From Octopus sinensis (taxonomy: Eukaryota), in contig NC_043012.1 of assembly GCF_006345805.1 (NCBI RefSeq), positions 22,568,001-22,632,000 of the forward strand: a DNA stretch of 64,000 bases, in the 5' to 3' direction. The translations under genes and the position numbers were made by a program. Under the pieces are notes generated by a model that had not been told where the DNA came from, did no database searches, and saw only the letters and a program-made list of their open reading frames with translations. Position 1 is the stretch's first letter; every line of letters begins with the position of its first letter. Shown piece by piece: positions 42,047 to 54,424 of the stretch.

Positions 42047-42310
42047 ATCATCATTTAACGTATGTTGTCCATGCCAGCATGGGTTGGACAGTTTGACTGG
42101 GTCGGCATGCTGGAAGGCTGCACCAGGCTCCAGTCTGAGTTGGTATGGTTTTCTATGGCTGGATGCCCTTCCTAATGCCAATCACTCTGAAAGTGTAATG
42201 GGTGCTTTTATTTGCCACCAGCATGGGTGCCATTTGTATGACACCAGCATGGGTGCCATTTTTATTTTTGCGTATTAAGACGACAGGTTATTCACTGCAC
42301 CCTGTATATA

Positions 42311-42344
<34 letters not shown>

Positions 42345-42573
42345 CCGGAGTAAACACATAAATGTGAAACAAGGTGGAAGAAAGAGTACTCAAATACCAG
42401 TGGTAGAGTAATATGCTTTATTTAAAGCACCAGAAAATTCAACAAAACCTGTTACTCTGAGTTTCCCATTGCCATTCGTCGGACAGTTTTTGCTAGAAAA
42501 AACTGTCCGACGAACAGCAACGAGAAACTCAGAGTAACAGGTTTTGTTGAATTTTTTGCTGCTTTAAATAAAG
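42345..42573. ncRNA. Palindromic element with minimal hammerhead-like motifs on both strands (Penelope-like LTR derivative)
   Basis: Arms 42416-42491 and 42497-42573. Plus strand 42503-42540 reads CTGT-CCGACGA-ACAGCAACGA-GAAA-CTC A GAG-TA-ACAG (stem I CTGT/ACAG, GUA triplet), followed by AATAAA; the element sits between (TA)n tracts. Confidence 0.6.
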
Positions 42574-42859
42574 TATATATATATGTATATATATATGCTC
42601 AGAGAGAGAAAGGGACAGATAGACAGATGAAAAGAAGCATAATTCAAGGAGAAAAATCAGAAAAATCACCAAAATATTTTCTTTCTTGGAGAACAACATA
42701 ATTTTGTCTTAAAATCAGAATGCTGTCTTCCCAACAGCATACAAATTTAGGTCATTTAACTGTAGTATGTGTGTGTGTATGTGTGTGCACTTGTGTACAA
42801 TCCTTTCAACATCTGGGCAGTAACTAAAACGATATGAAAGGAACTCTGATACCAGAAAA

Positions 42860-43150
42860 GAAACAGTTTGTAAATTGCTTTTTAAGCAAGAAACTCAGTG
42901 GTAAATCAGAGATCCTATATACATACATCTAAATGCTTAAAGGAGAATCTGGATAAACTGGGAATTTCAGAAAGAGAAATCGACCGGCTGATTGGTACAA
43001 GTTCAATCTGAGAGTGGAACAGTTAAAATATGCAAGACTTTTCTCAAGTTCCAAATGTGAATTTGTCTGGGTTAACCACATCCCAAAGATGGAGCCTTGT
43101 ATCTTTGTTTGAAACCGGTTCCCTCCTCTGTGGAAGATTTATAATAATTA
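42860..43150 (+). mobile_element. 3' end of an R4/Dong-like RLE LINE
   Basis: KENLDKLGISEREIDRLI (from 42940), then after a frameshift SGTVKICKTFLKFQM* (43013-43060), resembling RLE-LINE C-termini; a short 3' UTR follows. Confidence 0.65.
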
Positions 43151-43177
43151 AAAAATAGAAGAGACGTACATACATAA

Positions 43178-43235
<58 letters not shown>

Positions 43236-43241
<6 letters not shown>

Positions 43242-43367
43242 TATATAGAAGGAGCTTCTACAGGACTAGAACTGTTTCATTCAAGAGAAATCTTCAGGAA
43301 GCTTCCTGAAGATTTCTCTTGAATGAAACAGTTCTAGTCCTGTAGAAGCTCCTTCTATATAATAAAT
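43236..43367. ncRNA. Perfect 132-bp palindrome containing a type-I hammerhead-like motif on each strand
   Basis: Centre of symmetry 43301/43302. Plus strand 43300-43350 reads AGCTTC-CTGAAGA-TTTC TCTT GAAT-GAAA-CAG TTCTAGTC CTG-TA-GAAGCT: 6-bp stem I, 3-bp stem III, GUA triplet. The stem II closing pair is non-canonical (T.T). Confidence 0.72.
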
Positions 43368-44274
43368 TAATTTTACTCTGCTATGTATTGAGTACCTTAT
43401 TTACTGTGGTTAACCCCGAATCAACCCGGGACCTACATATATAATATATATATATATATATATTTATAATTATATATATATATCCTTTTTGCTTCAACTT
43501 TTTTGTACTTGTTTCACTCATTAGACTGGGGTACCTCCTTGAAGAATTTTAATTAAAAGACCTCTGTACTTGATACTTTAAAGCCTGGAACTTATTATAT
43601 TGGTCTCTTTTGTTGGACTACTAAGTTATGGTGATATAAACACACCAACACATATCTATATGATGGGCTTCTTCCAGTTTCCATCTACCAAATCCACTCA
43701 CAAAACTATCGATCAACTCATATTTATACACACACACAGATATATGGACACATGTACACACAGAGAGATACACACACAAATACACACAAGATTTCTTTCT
43801 TTTTGTCTCTCTATTTCTTTACTCATTCATTTTTTTCTTTAATTATTTATTTATGTATTTGCTTATTGAATGGCATAACGGGCAAACAATTTGAATTATC
43901 CATGTGACATTATTACGATTCATTCAAGAACAATCTAGAGAGAAATATATTTATCTATCAACACCTAGAGAAACTCATAGTTCTTTGACCTGTGACTAGT
44001 TTGCTAAGTGCCAACACATGAAATTCTCAGACCTTGAGTCACTCTGTTACTGCTGCAACATATATATATATTACAGAGATGTACTTGCATAGCAAGTGAC
44101 TTGATCTGAGAACGTGTGCTGAAACAAAAACAATTGCAGCATGGAAGATGTTTATAAGCGATTTAAGAACACACAAAAGACTGTTAGATTAACTTCAACA
44201 TTTAAATTTAATTTTTGTCAAAATATTTTCATCATTTTGAAACTGTGACCTGTTCACTGACAAAACTTAGTGCA

Positions 44275-44319
<45 letters not shown>

Positions 44320-44325
44320 ATCCAA

Positions 44326-44520
44326 ACAAGAAAGCACAAAAAAACACAACAACGCAAGGACGTGGAACAAATATAGTATTATTGGACGCTTAGGAAAGAA
44401 GGAAAGAAGGAGGGCTTAACGTTTCGAGCGGAGCTCTTCGTTGGAAACATAGGAGAAGGAAAGATCCAGAGAAGGGAAGATAGAGGAAAAAACAATCGCC
44501 AACGGTACACACACGGTCAC
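44326..44520 (-). mobile_element. Penelope-like LTR fragment with a minimal hammerhead-like motif at 44414-44448
   Basis: Minus strand reads GTTT-CCAACGA-A-GAGC TCC GCTC-GAAA-CG-TT-AAGC: palindromic ACGT stem III, with the core a CpG-decayed CCGACGA. Abuts a (TA)n tract. Confidence 0.55.
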
Positions 44521-44841
44521 ATTTATATATATGGTTATGTGTTGCATATATATATATATATGGTTATGTGTGTATGTATGTTTGAGTCTGCTTGTCTTGA
44601 CATCATATGACTGTTGTGAACGAGTGTCTTCAACATGCAAGCAGTGTCACTCATTTCCAACCTTCAGTGAAAGCATGTCTGGCCATGGGGTGGGTAAACA
44701 GTAGCTTGCTTGGAAATAGGTGAAGGCTGGCAATACAAATGCCATCTGGCTGTAGAATATCTTCTTGAATGAATTTTCAGCTGATGCATGAAGAAGTAGA
44801 TATTAAAATGATGATGATGATTATGATGATGTCACAAATAT

Positions 44842-45066
44842 TTATTTCTTTACTACCCACAAGGGGCTAAACATAGAGAGGACAAACAAGGACAGACAAA
44901 CGGATCAAGTCGATTATAGCGACTCCAGTGCGTAACTGGTACTTATTTAATCGACCCCGAAAGGATGAAAGGCAAAGTTGACCACAGCGGAATTTGAACT
45001 CAGAACGAAACGGCAGATGAAATACGGCTATGCATTTTGCCCGGCGTGCTAACGTTTCTGCCAGTT
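44842..45066 (-). mobile_element. SINE family B, near full-length
   Basis: Reverse complement of the family B sequence. Confidence 0.9.
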
Positions 45067-45530
45067 CCAAAGATGGTAAACATTTCAACTAGAAATTTTG
45101 ACAGAATTGTTTGAGCTGCAACCAACTTTTATTTAGAGGTACTGTAAAGTTATTTCGCTGTGTGCTTTGATATAGAATATACACATTCAACACATTTGCT
45201 GTAAGGCTAGTTTAAGGAAGGAGGAAAACAAAATGAATGCTGAGAGCAGACATTGATTCATTCAATTATTACTAGGACCACCAAATAACTTCTTCTGATA
45301 AAGAGTTTCATGGAAAGATGGGAAACAGTGAAACTAAGTTCTGTGATTTTAATGATTAATGATGCTTGTATACTATTAAATTAGAATGACGCTCTTACGA
45401 TATAAATGATGGTGGTATTGAGGAGGCATAAGATGTGGAAGGTGGCGCTTTTACTGCTGCTGCTGCTAAATGTAGAGGGAAGACGAAACGACAGTAGAAG
45501 AAAGAGGTGTCAATGGGAAAACAAAGATCT

Positions 45531-45581
45531 TATAAATATAAAAGCCAGCGAGTGATCTGATTGGTCAGTGCATTTGTAAGT
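45531..45581 (+). promoter_or_regulatory. Candidate Pol II core promoter (TATA + Inr) followed by a splice donor
   Basis: TATAAAAG at 45537-45544, TCAGT at 45565-45569 (A at +30 from the TATA T) and GTAAGT at 45576, in repeat-free CpG-containing sequence. An NF-Y-like TGACCAATCAG is present on the minus strand. Motif evidence only. Confidence 0.35.
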
Positions 45582-46263
45582 GGTACCGCCACTGGCAGGA
45601 CATTTTTGTGACAGAACGTTCGAAGGGAAACTTACAGAAGATTTCAACCTTATTGTCAATCAACGGTAATTTAGTTAATGACAAAAGCAGATTGGAAAAT
45701 AATGTACCCACCACCACCACCACCACCACCTCACCGTATCCAAATGTTAATTAACATCCATTTTTTTTTTTTTTTCATGCTGTTCTGAAATAATTTCTGC
45801 ATCTATGCAAAAGTCAACACCAGTTTGGTTTTGCTTGTTCTTCAAATGAGAATGAAAGCTGATATTATTCAGATACAACAATAAAAGGTGAAAGAATGAA
45901 AAGAAGAAGAAATATATGAGAGAAGGAATAAATAGAATGAAACATAAAGAAAATGAAAGGGATAATGAGGAAGGAAAGGGCGATGGGAATGAAAGAAATT
46001 AAGCTTTCAGACACAATCAGTTCAGTTTTGTCCGAAAGTAATACGAGATGTTTAGATACACAAATAAAATTACATTAACGCCAGTGCTTAGTGTGTCCAT
46101 GCTACGTGGCTTTGATTGGAAAGGACATGGTTCTAACCCTTACAAAAGGGGATCCTTATTAAATTCTGGTGCTGTCACATGGTTGCTACTGTTTTCTAAA
46201 GACCAAGTTGCTTTGCATAAAGAATGGTAGGACAAGCAGATCTCAACATTAACTGCTCTCACA

Positions 46264-46296
<33 letters not shown>

Positions 46297-46349
46297 TATG
46301 AAAAAAATTAGTGGCTGGGAATGAAGTCCATTGCAACAAAGAGATAGTT

Positions 46350-46412
46350 TCAGAGAATAATAATGATAATAATAATATAATAATGATAATAATAATGATA
46401 ATAATAATAATG

Positions 46413-46449
<37 letters not shown>

Positions 46450-46542
46450 GATGATAATAATAATAATAATAATGATGATAATAATAATAATAATAATGAT
46501 AATAATAATGATAATAATAATAATGATAATAATAATGATGAC

Positions 46543-46592
<50 letters not shown>

Positions 46593-46630
46593 AAATAATA
46601 ATAATAATAATGGTGATGATGATGAGGATG
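46350..46630. repeat. (AAT)n/(GAT) trinucleotide array
   Basis: Seen directly. Confidence 0.96.
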
Positions 46631-48425
46631 AATAAATAATAAATAAAATATAAAAGTAAAGGATTTGATTCACAAGAACAAATTTGAAACTATGAATCTT
46701 TTAGGCTTCTACTTTCTCCACAGAAATGTCTGCTTTCATGAATCTCTCTTCCCCACCCTCACCTCTCTCTCTCTCTTCCCAGCCCCCATGCCTTCTTAAT
46801 TTTTTTTTTTTCCTGTATTAAACTTCAGTTACATTCCCTTTTATAGTCATTTTTGTTGTATAAATTCAGTCGTCATATTTTATTTTCCCCTCTTTTTTTG
46901 AACATTGCTCTCTCCCTTTCTCACTTGCTTTCTTTCTCCCTCTTTCATTCACACATTCGTTCACTCCTTCCTCCACACCTCTTTCAATATCCTTCCTGTA
47001 TTTATCTTTTATTGTTCACTTGTTTCAGCCATTGGACTGTGGCCATGCTGGAGCACTCCTTGAAGGATTTTAGTCAAACAAATCCACTCAAGTATTTAAC
47101 ATTTTTAAAAGGCTATTAGCCTCTGTTTTCAAACTGTTAAATTATGGGGATGTAAACAAACCAACACGGATTGTTAAGCAGTGATGGGAGGACAAACACA
47201 GGTGCACATATATAGAGTGCAGGTAAAATTACATATAATGATGTAACAGGCATATATAGACAATAAGACTCATATTGACTTATTAACTAAAACTCCAGCA
47301 TGAAATGTGACCAAAAGTGGTATTATAGCCAGTGGCGGACTGTCCAGGTTGCTAGCTTGCTCAATAGCAAGTGGGTCTCTGCACCTTTAGAATCCATATA
47401 TGGGGGTCCGTGTTAGTATCTAAGAGGCCAATTTTGAGAACTTTTTATTCACTCCTGGAAGAATGCATTAATTATTTCAGCCAGGCTGTGTTTGTAAACA
47501 GTTGAAAAGAATACTTTTAACAAAAATAAATAAATAAATAAAATATAAAAGTAAAGGATTTGATTCACAAGAACAAATTTGAAACTATGAATCTTTTAGG
47601 CTTCTACTTTCTCCACAGAAATGTCTGCTTTCATGAATCTCTCTTCCCCACCCTCACCTCTCTCTCTCTCTTCCCGCCCCCATGCCTTCTTAATTTTTTT
47701 TTTTTCCTGTATTAACTTCAGTTACATTCCCTTTTATAGTCATTTTTGTTGTATAAATTCAGTCGTCATATTTTATTTTCCCCTCTTTTTTTGAACTTGC
47801 TCTCTCCCTTTCTCACTTGCTTTCTTTCTCCCTCTTTCATTCACACATTCGTTCACTCCTTCCTCCACACCTCTTTCAATATCCTTCCTGTATTTATCTT
47901 TTATTGTTCACTTGTTTCAGCCATTGGACTGTGGCCATGCTGGAGCACTCCTTGAAGGATTTTAGTCAAACAAATCCACTCAAGTATTTAACATTTTTAA
48001 AAGGCTATTAGCCTCTGTTTTCAAACTGTTAAATTATGGGGATGTAAACAAACCAACACGGATTGTTAAGCAGTGATGGGAGGACAAACACAGGTGCACA
48101 TATATAGAGTGCAGGTAAAATTACATATAATGATGTAACAGGCATATATAGACAATAAGACTCATATTGACTTATTAACTAAAACTCCAGCATGAAATGT
48201 GACCAAAAGTGGTATTATAGCCAGTGGCGGACTGTCCAGGTTGCTAGCTTGCTCAATAGCAAGTGGGTCTCTGCACCTTTAGAATCCATATATGGGGGTC
48301 CGTGTTAGTATCTAAGAGGCCAATTTTGAGAACTTTTTATTCACTCTGAAGAATGCATTAATTATTTCAGCCGGCGTGTTTGTAAACACAGTTGAAAAGA
48401 ATACTTTTAACAAAAATAAATAAAT
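46630..48425. repeat. Tandem duplication, period about 892-893 bp, 2 copies
   Basis: Identical ORF starts at 46853 and 47746, and CAGTGGCGGACTG at 47330 and 48222. The junction lies in (AAAT)n microhomology. Confidence 0.95.
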
Positions 48426-48532
48426 AAATAAACAAATGATATCATTGTAGTTGTGGACGGGCCCCTTTGTAGAAGCGGGTGGGCTCCCTTAGTCTCCTGG
48501 CAACCAATATTCTTAGACCCAGTCCGTCACAG
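48222..48532. mobile_element. hAT-like MITE (partial 5' duplicate at 47330-47525)
   Basis: TIRs CAGTGGCGGACTG / CAGTCCGTCACAG; degenerate 8-bp flanks ATTATAGC / GTCATAAC. Confidence 0.6.
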
Positions 48533-48691
48533 GTCATAACTGCCAAGCAGCAAAGGAATGCTTATAAGTGGTTCATCATTGATGGGGAACATATACGATA
48601 GAAAGAAAGAAAGAAAGAAAGAACAGAGAAACAATTGGTCTCAGCTGAGAGCATGGGATTCCTATATTTAAACATATCTAAATATATAGTT

Positions 48692-48773
48692 GACGAGGTG
48701 GCCGAGTGGTTAAGGCGATGGACTGCTAATCAATTGGGGTCTCCCCGCATGAGTTTGAATCTCATCCTCGTCG
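48692..48773 (+). tRNA. tRNA-Ser-GCT: tRNA-Ser(GCT), variant or possibly pseudogenised
   Basis: 82-nt cloverleaf: acceptor GACGAGG/CCTCGTC with G73, D arm GCCGAGTGGTTAAGGC, anticodon GCT at 48725-48727, variable arm GGGG-TCT-CCCC, T stem ATGAG/CTCAT, TTTT at 48785-48788. Defects are a G.A mismatch in the anticodon stem and C56>T in the T loop. Confidence 0.9.
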
Positions 48774-48790
48774 AGTGCATGTTGTTTTCT

Positions 48791-49020
48791 AAGGCGGCGA
48801 GCTGGCAGAATCGTTAGCACGCCGGGCGAAATGCATAGCGTATTTTCGTCTGCCGTTACGTTCTGAGTTCAAATCCGCCGAGGTCACTTTGCCTTTCATC
48901 CTCTCGGGGTCGATAATAAAGTACAGTTTCGCACTGGGTCGATGTAATCGACTTAATCCGTTTGTCTGCCTTTGTTTGTCCCCTCTATGTTTAGCCCCTT
49001 GAGAGCAGTAAAGAAATATA
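48791..49020 (+). mobile_element. Full-length SINE family B immediately downstream of the tRNA terminator
   Basis: Complete CpG-rich copy starting 2-3 nt after the TTTT. Confidence 0.92.
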
Positions 49021-49464
49021 TATTTAAACATAATTATAAAGCTGTTACAATAGATGACTGGAGCCTGGTGTAGCTCTCCAGCTGACCATCTCTGGTCAAA
49101 CTGTCCAACCCATGCCATCATGAAAAACAGAGGTTAACTAATGATGATGATGATGATGATGATGATATGAGCATATATACATACAATGGTCATCCACTGT
49201 TTTTGTCAACCAAATCCACTCGCCAGGTTTTGAATGGCTTGAAGCTATAAGTAGAAAATTCTAGCTCAAGGTGCTGTGCAGTGAGGTTCAACTGGGAACC
49301 ATGTAGTTATAAAGCAAGCTTTTTAACCACTCTATACTCCCTTTTATATTCCTTCAAATTTCAGAATTACAGGTCCCTTATTTCCTTGCTCGAGTTCTTG
49401 AACATTACTGTCTCTCTCTTCCTCTGATTGTGTGTCTCTCTCTCACTTCTCTCCATCAATACAC

Positions 49465-49527
<63 letters not shown>

Positions 49528-50310
49528 GAGATTGCGTAAACTACCACATTTTTCTTTTGTTTATACTTTTGTTTAATATATTAGAATAGGTTGCATGGAT
49601 CTGCAAATTCATCTTTTCCCACAAAATGAAACAACAAATATCTCACAACAGCAGAAACCTTATTTTGGATTGAAGTAATCAAATGTTTGTGTTGATAATT
49701 GTAGGCCAGGGTGAAGAATGAGAGCATAAAAATCAAAGATGATGGTGAGACATAACAAAAATAGGTCTACAAATTTATAAATTTACTTTTCTTTATTCAT
49801 GTGATTTACGTCCATTGTACTGTGAACGCATGAGTTAGCCGAATATGTTATGCTGAAGGATTGTTTTAAATCTAGACACCCTTCTTGGTGCTAAACTATA
49901 CTTTTTACCTGCATTTCAATTAAGATATTTCTTACTCCACATGCTTTCAAATGCATGAAGGGACTGGATGATTTGTCGACAGGAGAAACTGACAATAGTA
50001 ACACCTGCTGCACTTTTATACAAGTGATCCCAGGTGTAAATGTACACAGAGCCATACTCACACATATACACACAAACACACATGCCTGTACATATATAAG
50101 GCTGTCTTTTTCTCAGTTTCCATCTACCAAATCCACTCTCAGAACTTTGAACCAAAGCTATTCTAGAAGATATTTGTTCTAGATGTCAGCCAGTGGCATT
50201 GAATCCAAAGCCACACAGTTGCGAAACAAACTCAGACATGGCCATTTTGAGTTATCTCCCTTCACTCTTTTTTTATCTCAGTTATGTAAATGACCTTTTT
50301 AGCTGTTATC

Positions 50311-50708
50311 TTTTACCTGTTTCAGTCATTAGACTGTGGCCATGCTGGAGCACCACCTTGAAGAATTTTTAGTCGAATGAATTAACCCCAGTACTTACTT
50401 TTTTAAAGCCTGGTACTTATTCTATTGGTCTCTCTTGCTGAACCACTAAGTTACAGGGACATAAACACACCCACATCGGTTGTCAGGTGGTGATGGGAGG
50501 GCAAACACCGACACACACATAGATATATATATAAATATATATATATGATGGGCTTCTTTCAGTTTCTGTCTACCAAATCCATTCACAAGGTTTTGGTTGG
50601 ACTGAGGTTATAGTAGAAGACTCTTGCTTAAGGTGCCATGCAGTGAAACTGAACCTGGAACCATGTGGTTGGGAAGCAAGATTCTTACCACACAGCCACT
50701 CCTGAGCC
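50311..50708 (-). mobile_element. Full-length SINE family A
   Basis: Reverse complement of the family A sequence. Confidence 0.9.
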
Positions 50709-51339
50709 TATGAGTTGGCCATGAATGTGTTGTAATTTTTTTAGATAATGTAAAATAATTGTTATGCTGATGATGCCTATAGAGGCAGAAACATGTGTCT
50801 ATGATTGTCTTTTATTCTCCCACAATAAGCCTGTCCTTTTCTTTAGTGGCATGTCAGTTTTTGAACCATTTCATATGTGTTTAAGTCTTCTATAAGCAGA
50901 ACATTGCATAATTCAGCTATTTTATCAACTTTATGTGAAAATGAGTGAATGAAAATCTCCTTACTTGTAAAAAACAAAGCAATTAGAGTTGGCAACAGTA
51001 AAGGCATCCAGCTATTGGATACTGTCTTAATAAGTCTCATCCAACCTCTGCCAATATGGAAATAGCAAACAAAAAAATGATGATGATGATGATGACAATG
51101 AGTAGCATTAAAAATCATCACCATCATTGTTTTATATCCATTTATATCCATGCTACATGTATTGCTATGATCAATATCAGCACATATTCAAGGGTGTTGT
51201 TCATTTGGACTGGTTGGAGGACCACATCATGCTTGTGAGTTTCATTTTTTAGCTTGTTTTCTGCAACTGAATGACCTTCTTAATACCAACAACTTTACAA
51301 CTGAATGTTGGGGACTTTTGACCATGATACCAGCATTAA

Positions 51340-51561
51340 CCCTTTTGTTGCTGTATTTCTGTTGAGATGCTCTCTGTTTCTTTCAATTAATTTTTAAAAT
51401 AACAAAAAATTTAGTGAAATAACTTAGTTATCATTAAGCTAGCGTTAGGAACATAAATTGTGACTAAGGTTTGGTGGAAGATTTTAATTCAAAACTTATG
51501 AAAACAAGACATTTGTACTCAGAGCCAGAGCTAATTTCAGCTGGGTTGGTAATGTAAAGGG
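51340..51561. mobile_element. piggyBac-like MITE
   Basis: TTAA-CCCTTT...AAAGGG-TTAA (TTAA at 51336-51339 and 51562-51565). A related fragment lies near 58110-58180. Confidence 0.75.
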
Positions 51562-51830
51562 TTAAAGAACTTGTCATGTCCTTGACAAAACTTGAGGGCT
51601 GCCGAAGTATTACACTTTACAGAGAGTACTGCATGTTTTTCCATGGCATCAACATAAGTACTAGAGTGGTAGCCATGTCCACAACACAACTACTGGAACC
51701 TCTTGACTCCTTGTTTCTACTCACTCAGCAGACTGATAGATTTACAGATTTCAAACTTTTAGATTAAAATACCAAAATATACTACAAAATAACAAACTTA
51801 GAGACATAGTTTACAGAAACTCTCTCTAAA

Positions 51831-52196
51831 GGTGCAGGAGTGGCTGTGTGTTAAGTAGCTTGCTAACCAACCACATGGTTCCGGGTTCAGTCTCACTGCG
51901 TGGCATCTTGGGCAAGTGTCTTCTGCTATAGCCCCGTGACGACCAATGCCTTGTGAGTGGATTTGGTAGATGGAAACTGAAAGAAGCCTGTCGTATATAT
52001 GTATAAATATATATATATGTGTGTGTGTTTGTGTGCCTGTGTTTATCCCCGATGCTGATGTGTTTACGTCCCCGTCACTTAGCGGTTTGGCAAAAAGAGA
52101 CCGATAGAATAAGTACTGGGCTTACAAAGAATAAGTCCCGGGGTTGATTTGCTCTAGCATGGCCGCAGTCAAATGAGTAAAAGGGTAAAAGAGAGA
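51831..52196 (+). mobile_element. SINE family A, near full-length
   Basis: Head, CORE-like motif, microsatellite and 3' half with a small deletion. Confidence 0.9.
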
Positions 52197-52842
52197 TACC
52201 CTTATATGGTAATCATTGTAGTGGATGTAGTGTATGATTGAGTAACATCATTCTACTCATCCGTATCACACCTCTGACATAGATGAGTAGAAAGAGAGAA
52301 AACAGGTGCTCGACAACCTTGCGACGCGTGTTAATCTTTCAGCTGCTCCAAATGAAATGGTTAGTTGATGAAAATTTTGATTTGGTATATAATATTGCTA
52401 AATTAATAACAATCACAACAACATCAACAATAACAGCAACAACAATAATAATGAAACAAGATTAATTTCCAACTATAATATCATCTGAGCAAGATTAGCT
52501 GCACATTATAATACCCACCCCTCAAGAAAAAAAAAAGAGAGAGAGAGCGAGAGATTTAATGTTATTCCATAATGCTTTGACAAGGTTAATGTTTGACCAC
52601 AATACCTTAAAAGAGTGAGTCATATTGCTGCTACCACGACGAGCACAATGGAATGGGTTTTTTTTTTGGTTTTTTTTTACATGTCTGCAAAATTCCTGAA
52701 ATATATCATTTTTAAATCCCTGTCAATGTTTTGTTATTTTCCCACAGATTCAATACAATGTTTCTGATTTCCGATCAATATTCCAAGATTTATAACCTCC
52801 TCAGCAAAAGAGGTACATTTTTATGGCAAATGGAATCAAAGA

Positions 52843-52873
<31 letters not shown>

Positions 52874-53138
52874 AGTGATGATGATGATGATAATGATGAT
52901 GATGCTGCTGTAGCTGACGGTGGTGGTAGTGTTTGTCATAGTTATATGGGATACAGTGGAAAAATATATGAATGTATAGGCATGTTTGTGTGTGTGTGTG
53001 TGTGTATGAGTATCTAAGAGTGTACATGTGCATTTGTGCATGTAAGCATAGCATGATGTGCATATGTAAAAAAATAGTGTGAAGTATATGAAATAGAATG
53101 TGTGTGTGCAGGTGTATGTATACATGTAGGTGTATAAG

Positions 53139-53174
<36 letters not shown>

Positions 53175-53207
53175 TGCACATATGTGTATGTGCATGTATG
53201 TATATAC

Positions 53208-53264
<57 letters not shown>

Positions 53265-53799
53265 CTTCAGTAATAAGTCTTGCTAGAAGTGTGAGTCAAT
53301 TATGGTTTCCTTTATGCCAGCAAAATGAATTGCATAATTTAATGGATAATTGAAAACTTTAGTTGAGAGCTTGTAGGGTTTGATGGCTGTCTGAATGTAA
53401 ATTGTTCACGAAAAAAATAAAATAAGACAAAAAAAATACAAACAAAAAAAAAGCCAAAAAATTTTTTTTAACTATAATTTTTTTTTTTTCTCCTTTCACA
53501 AAGCCAAGAACCACTAAACCATGTTTTTAATGTATGGAATCATGTACGAATGGTACATATCAAAGGCTGAAATTGTATACAGATTTATTTTTAGAGTACT
53601 AAATATGTTCATTAATACAGTTCAGTGTGCTATGGGTATTTAAAAGGACAGATATAGTCATGAGAATAAGTATATATATATAAAAAAAAATCTAGCATAT
53701 AATTGGAAGATTTTCATCAGTGAAAATGACTGGCTTTGAAAAATTTTTTCAAACTATGTACAGAGAAACATAGAAGTGCTGCTGTATATAAATTTATCA

Positions 53800-53838
<39 letters not shown>

Positions 53839-54206
53839 CACTATTGTTGTTTACATATTTTTGTTTTATGAATTTCACTCTTCATAAAACAAAAATGAGC
53901 CTATAAATTTTGGGGAGCTATCATTAATGCCAATAGAAAGTTGGTGAGCTGAAAAATCCTTCGCCAAGTTCCATAGCTTTGGAACCATGACAATAGAACC
54001 TGTAAACATCACGATGGACAGATTTGTCTTGTTGGCTCATGGCGGCAGAAAAAAAAACAACAAAAAAAAACAAATAAAAAAACCCAAAAGAAAGTAAACA
54101 AATAAACCAAGTCTGGTATTTAAATGAGAAAGTCTCACAGATATTAACTAGATACGTTAATAATAAACAAACAAACAAGCAAACAAATTTAATCTCAACT
54201 CAGCAA

Positions 54207-54296
<90 letters not shown>

Positions 54297-54369
54297 ATAT
54301 ATATATTCATACATATATATGCAACCACGAAACTATTTAGCATTATGCTTCAGTATTAAATATATAAAT

Positions 54370-54424
<55 letters not shown>

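Noticed and set aside
52250-52292. Hairpin TTCTACTCATC...GATGAGTAGAA as a possible pre-miRNA
   Set aside because: The stem is too short (11 perfect bp plus a weak extension) for a Drosha/Dicer substrate.
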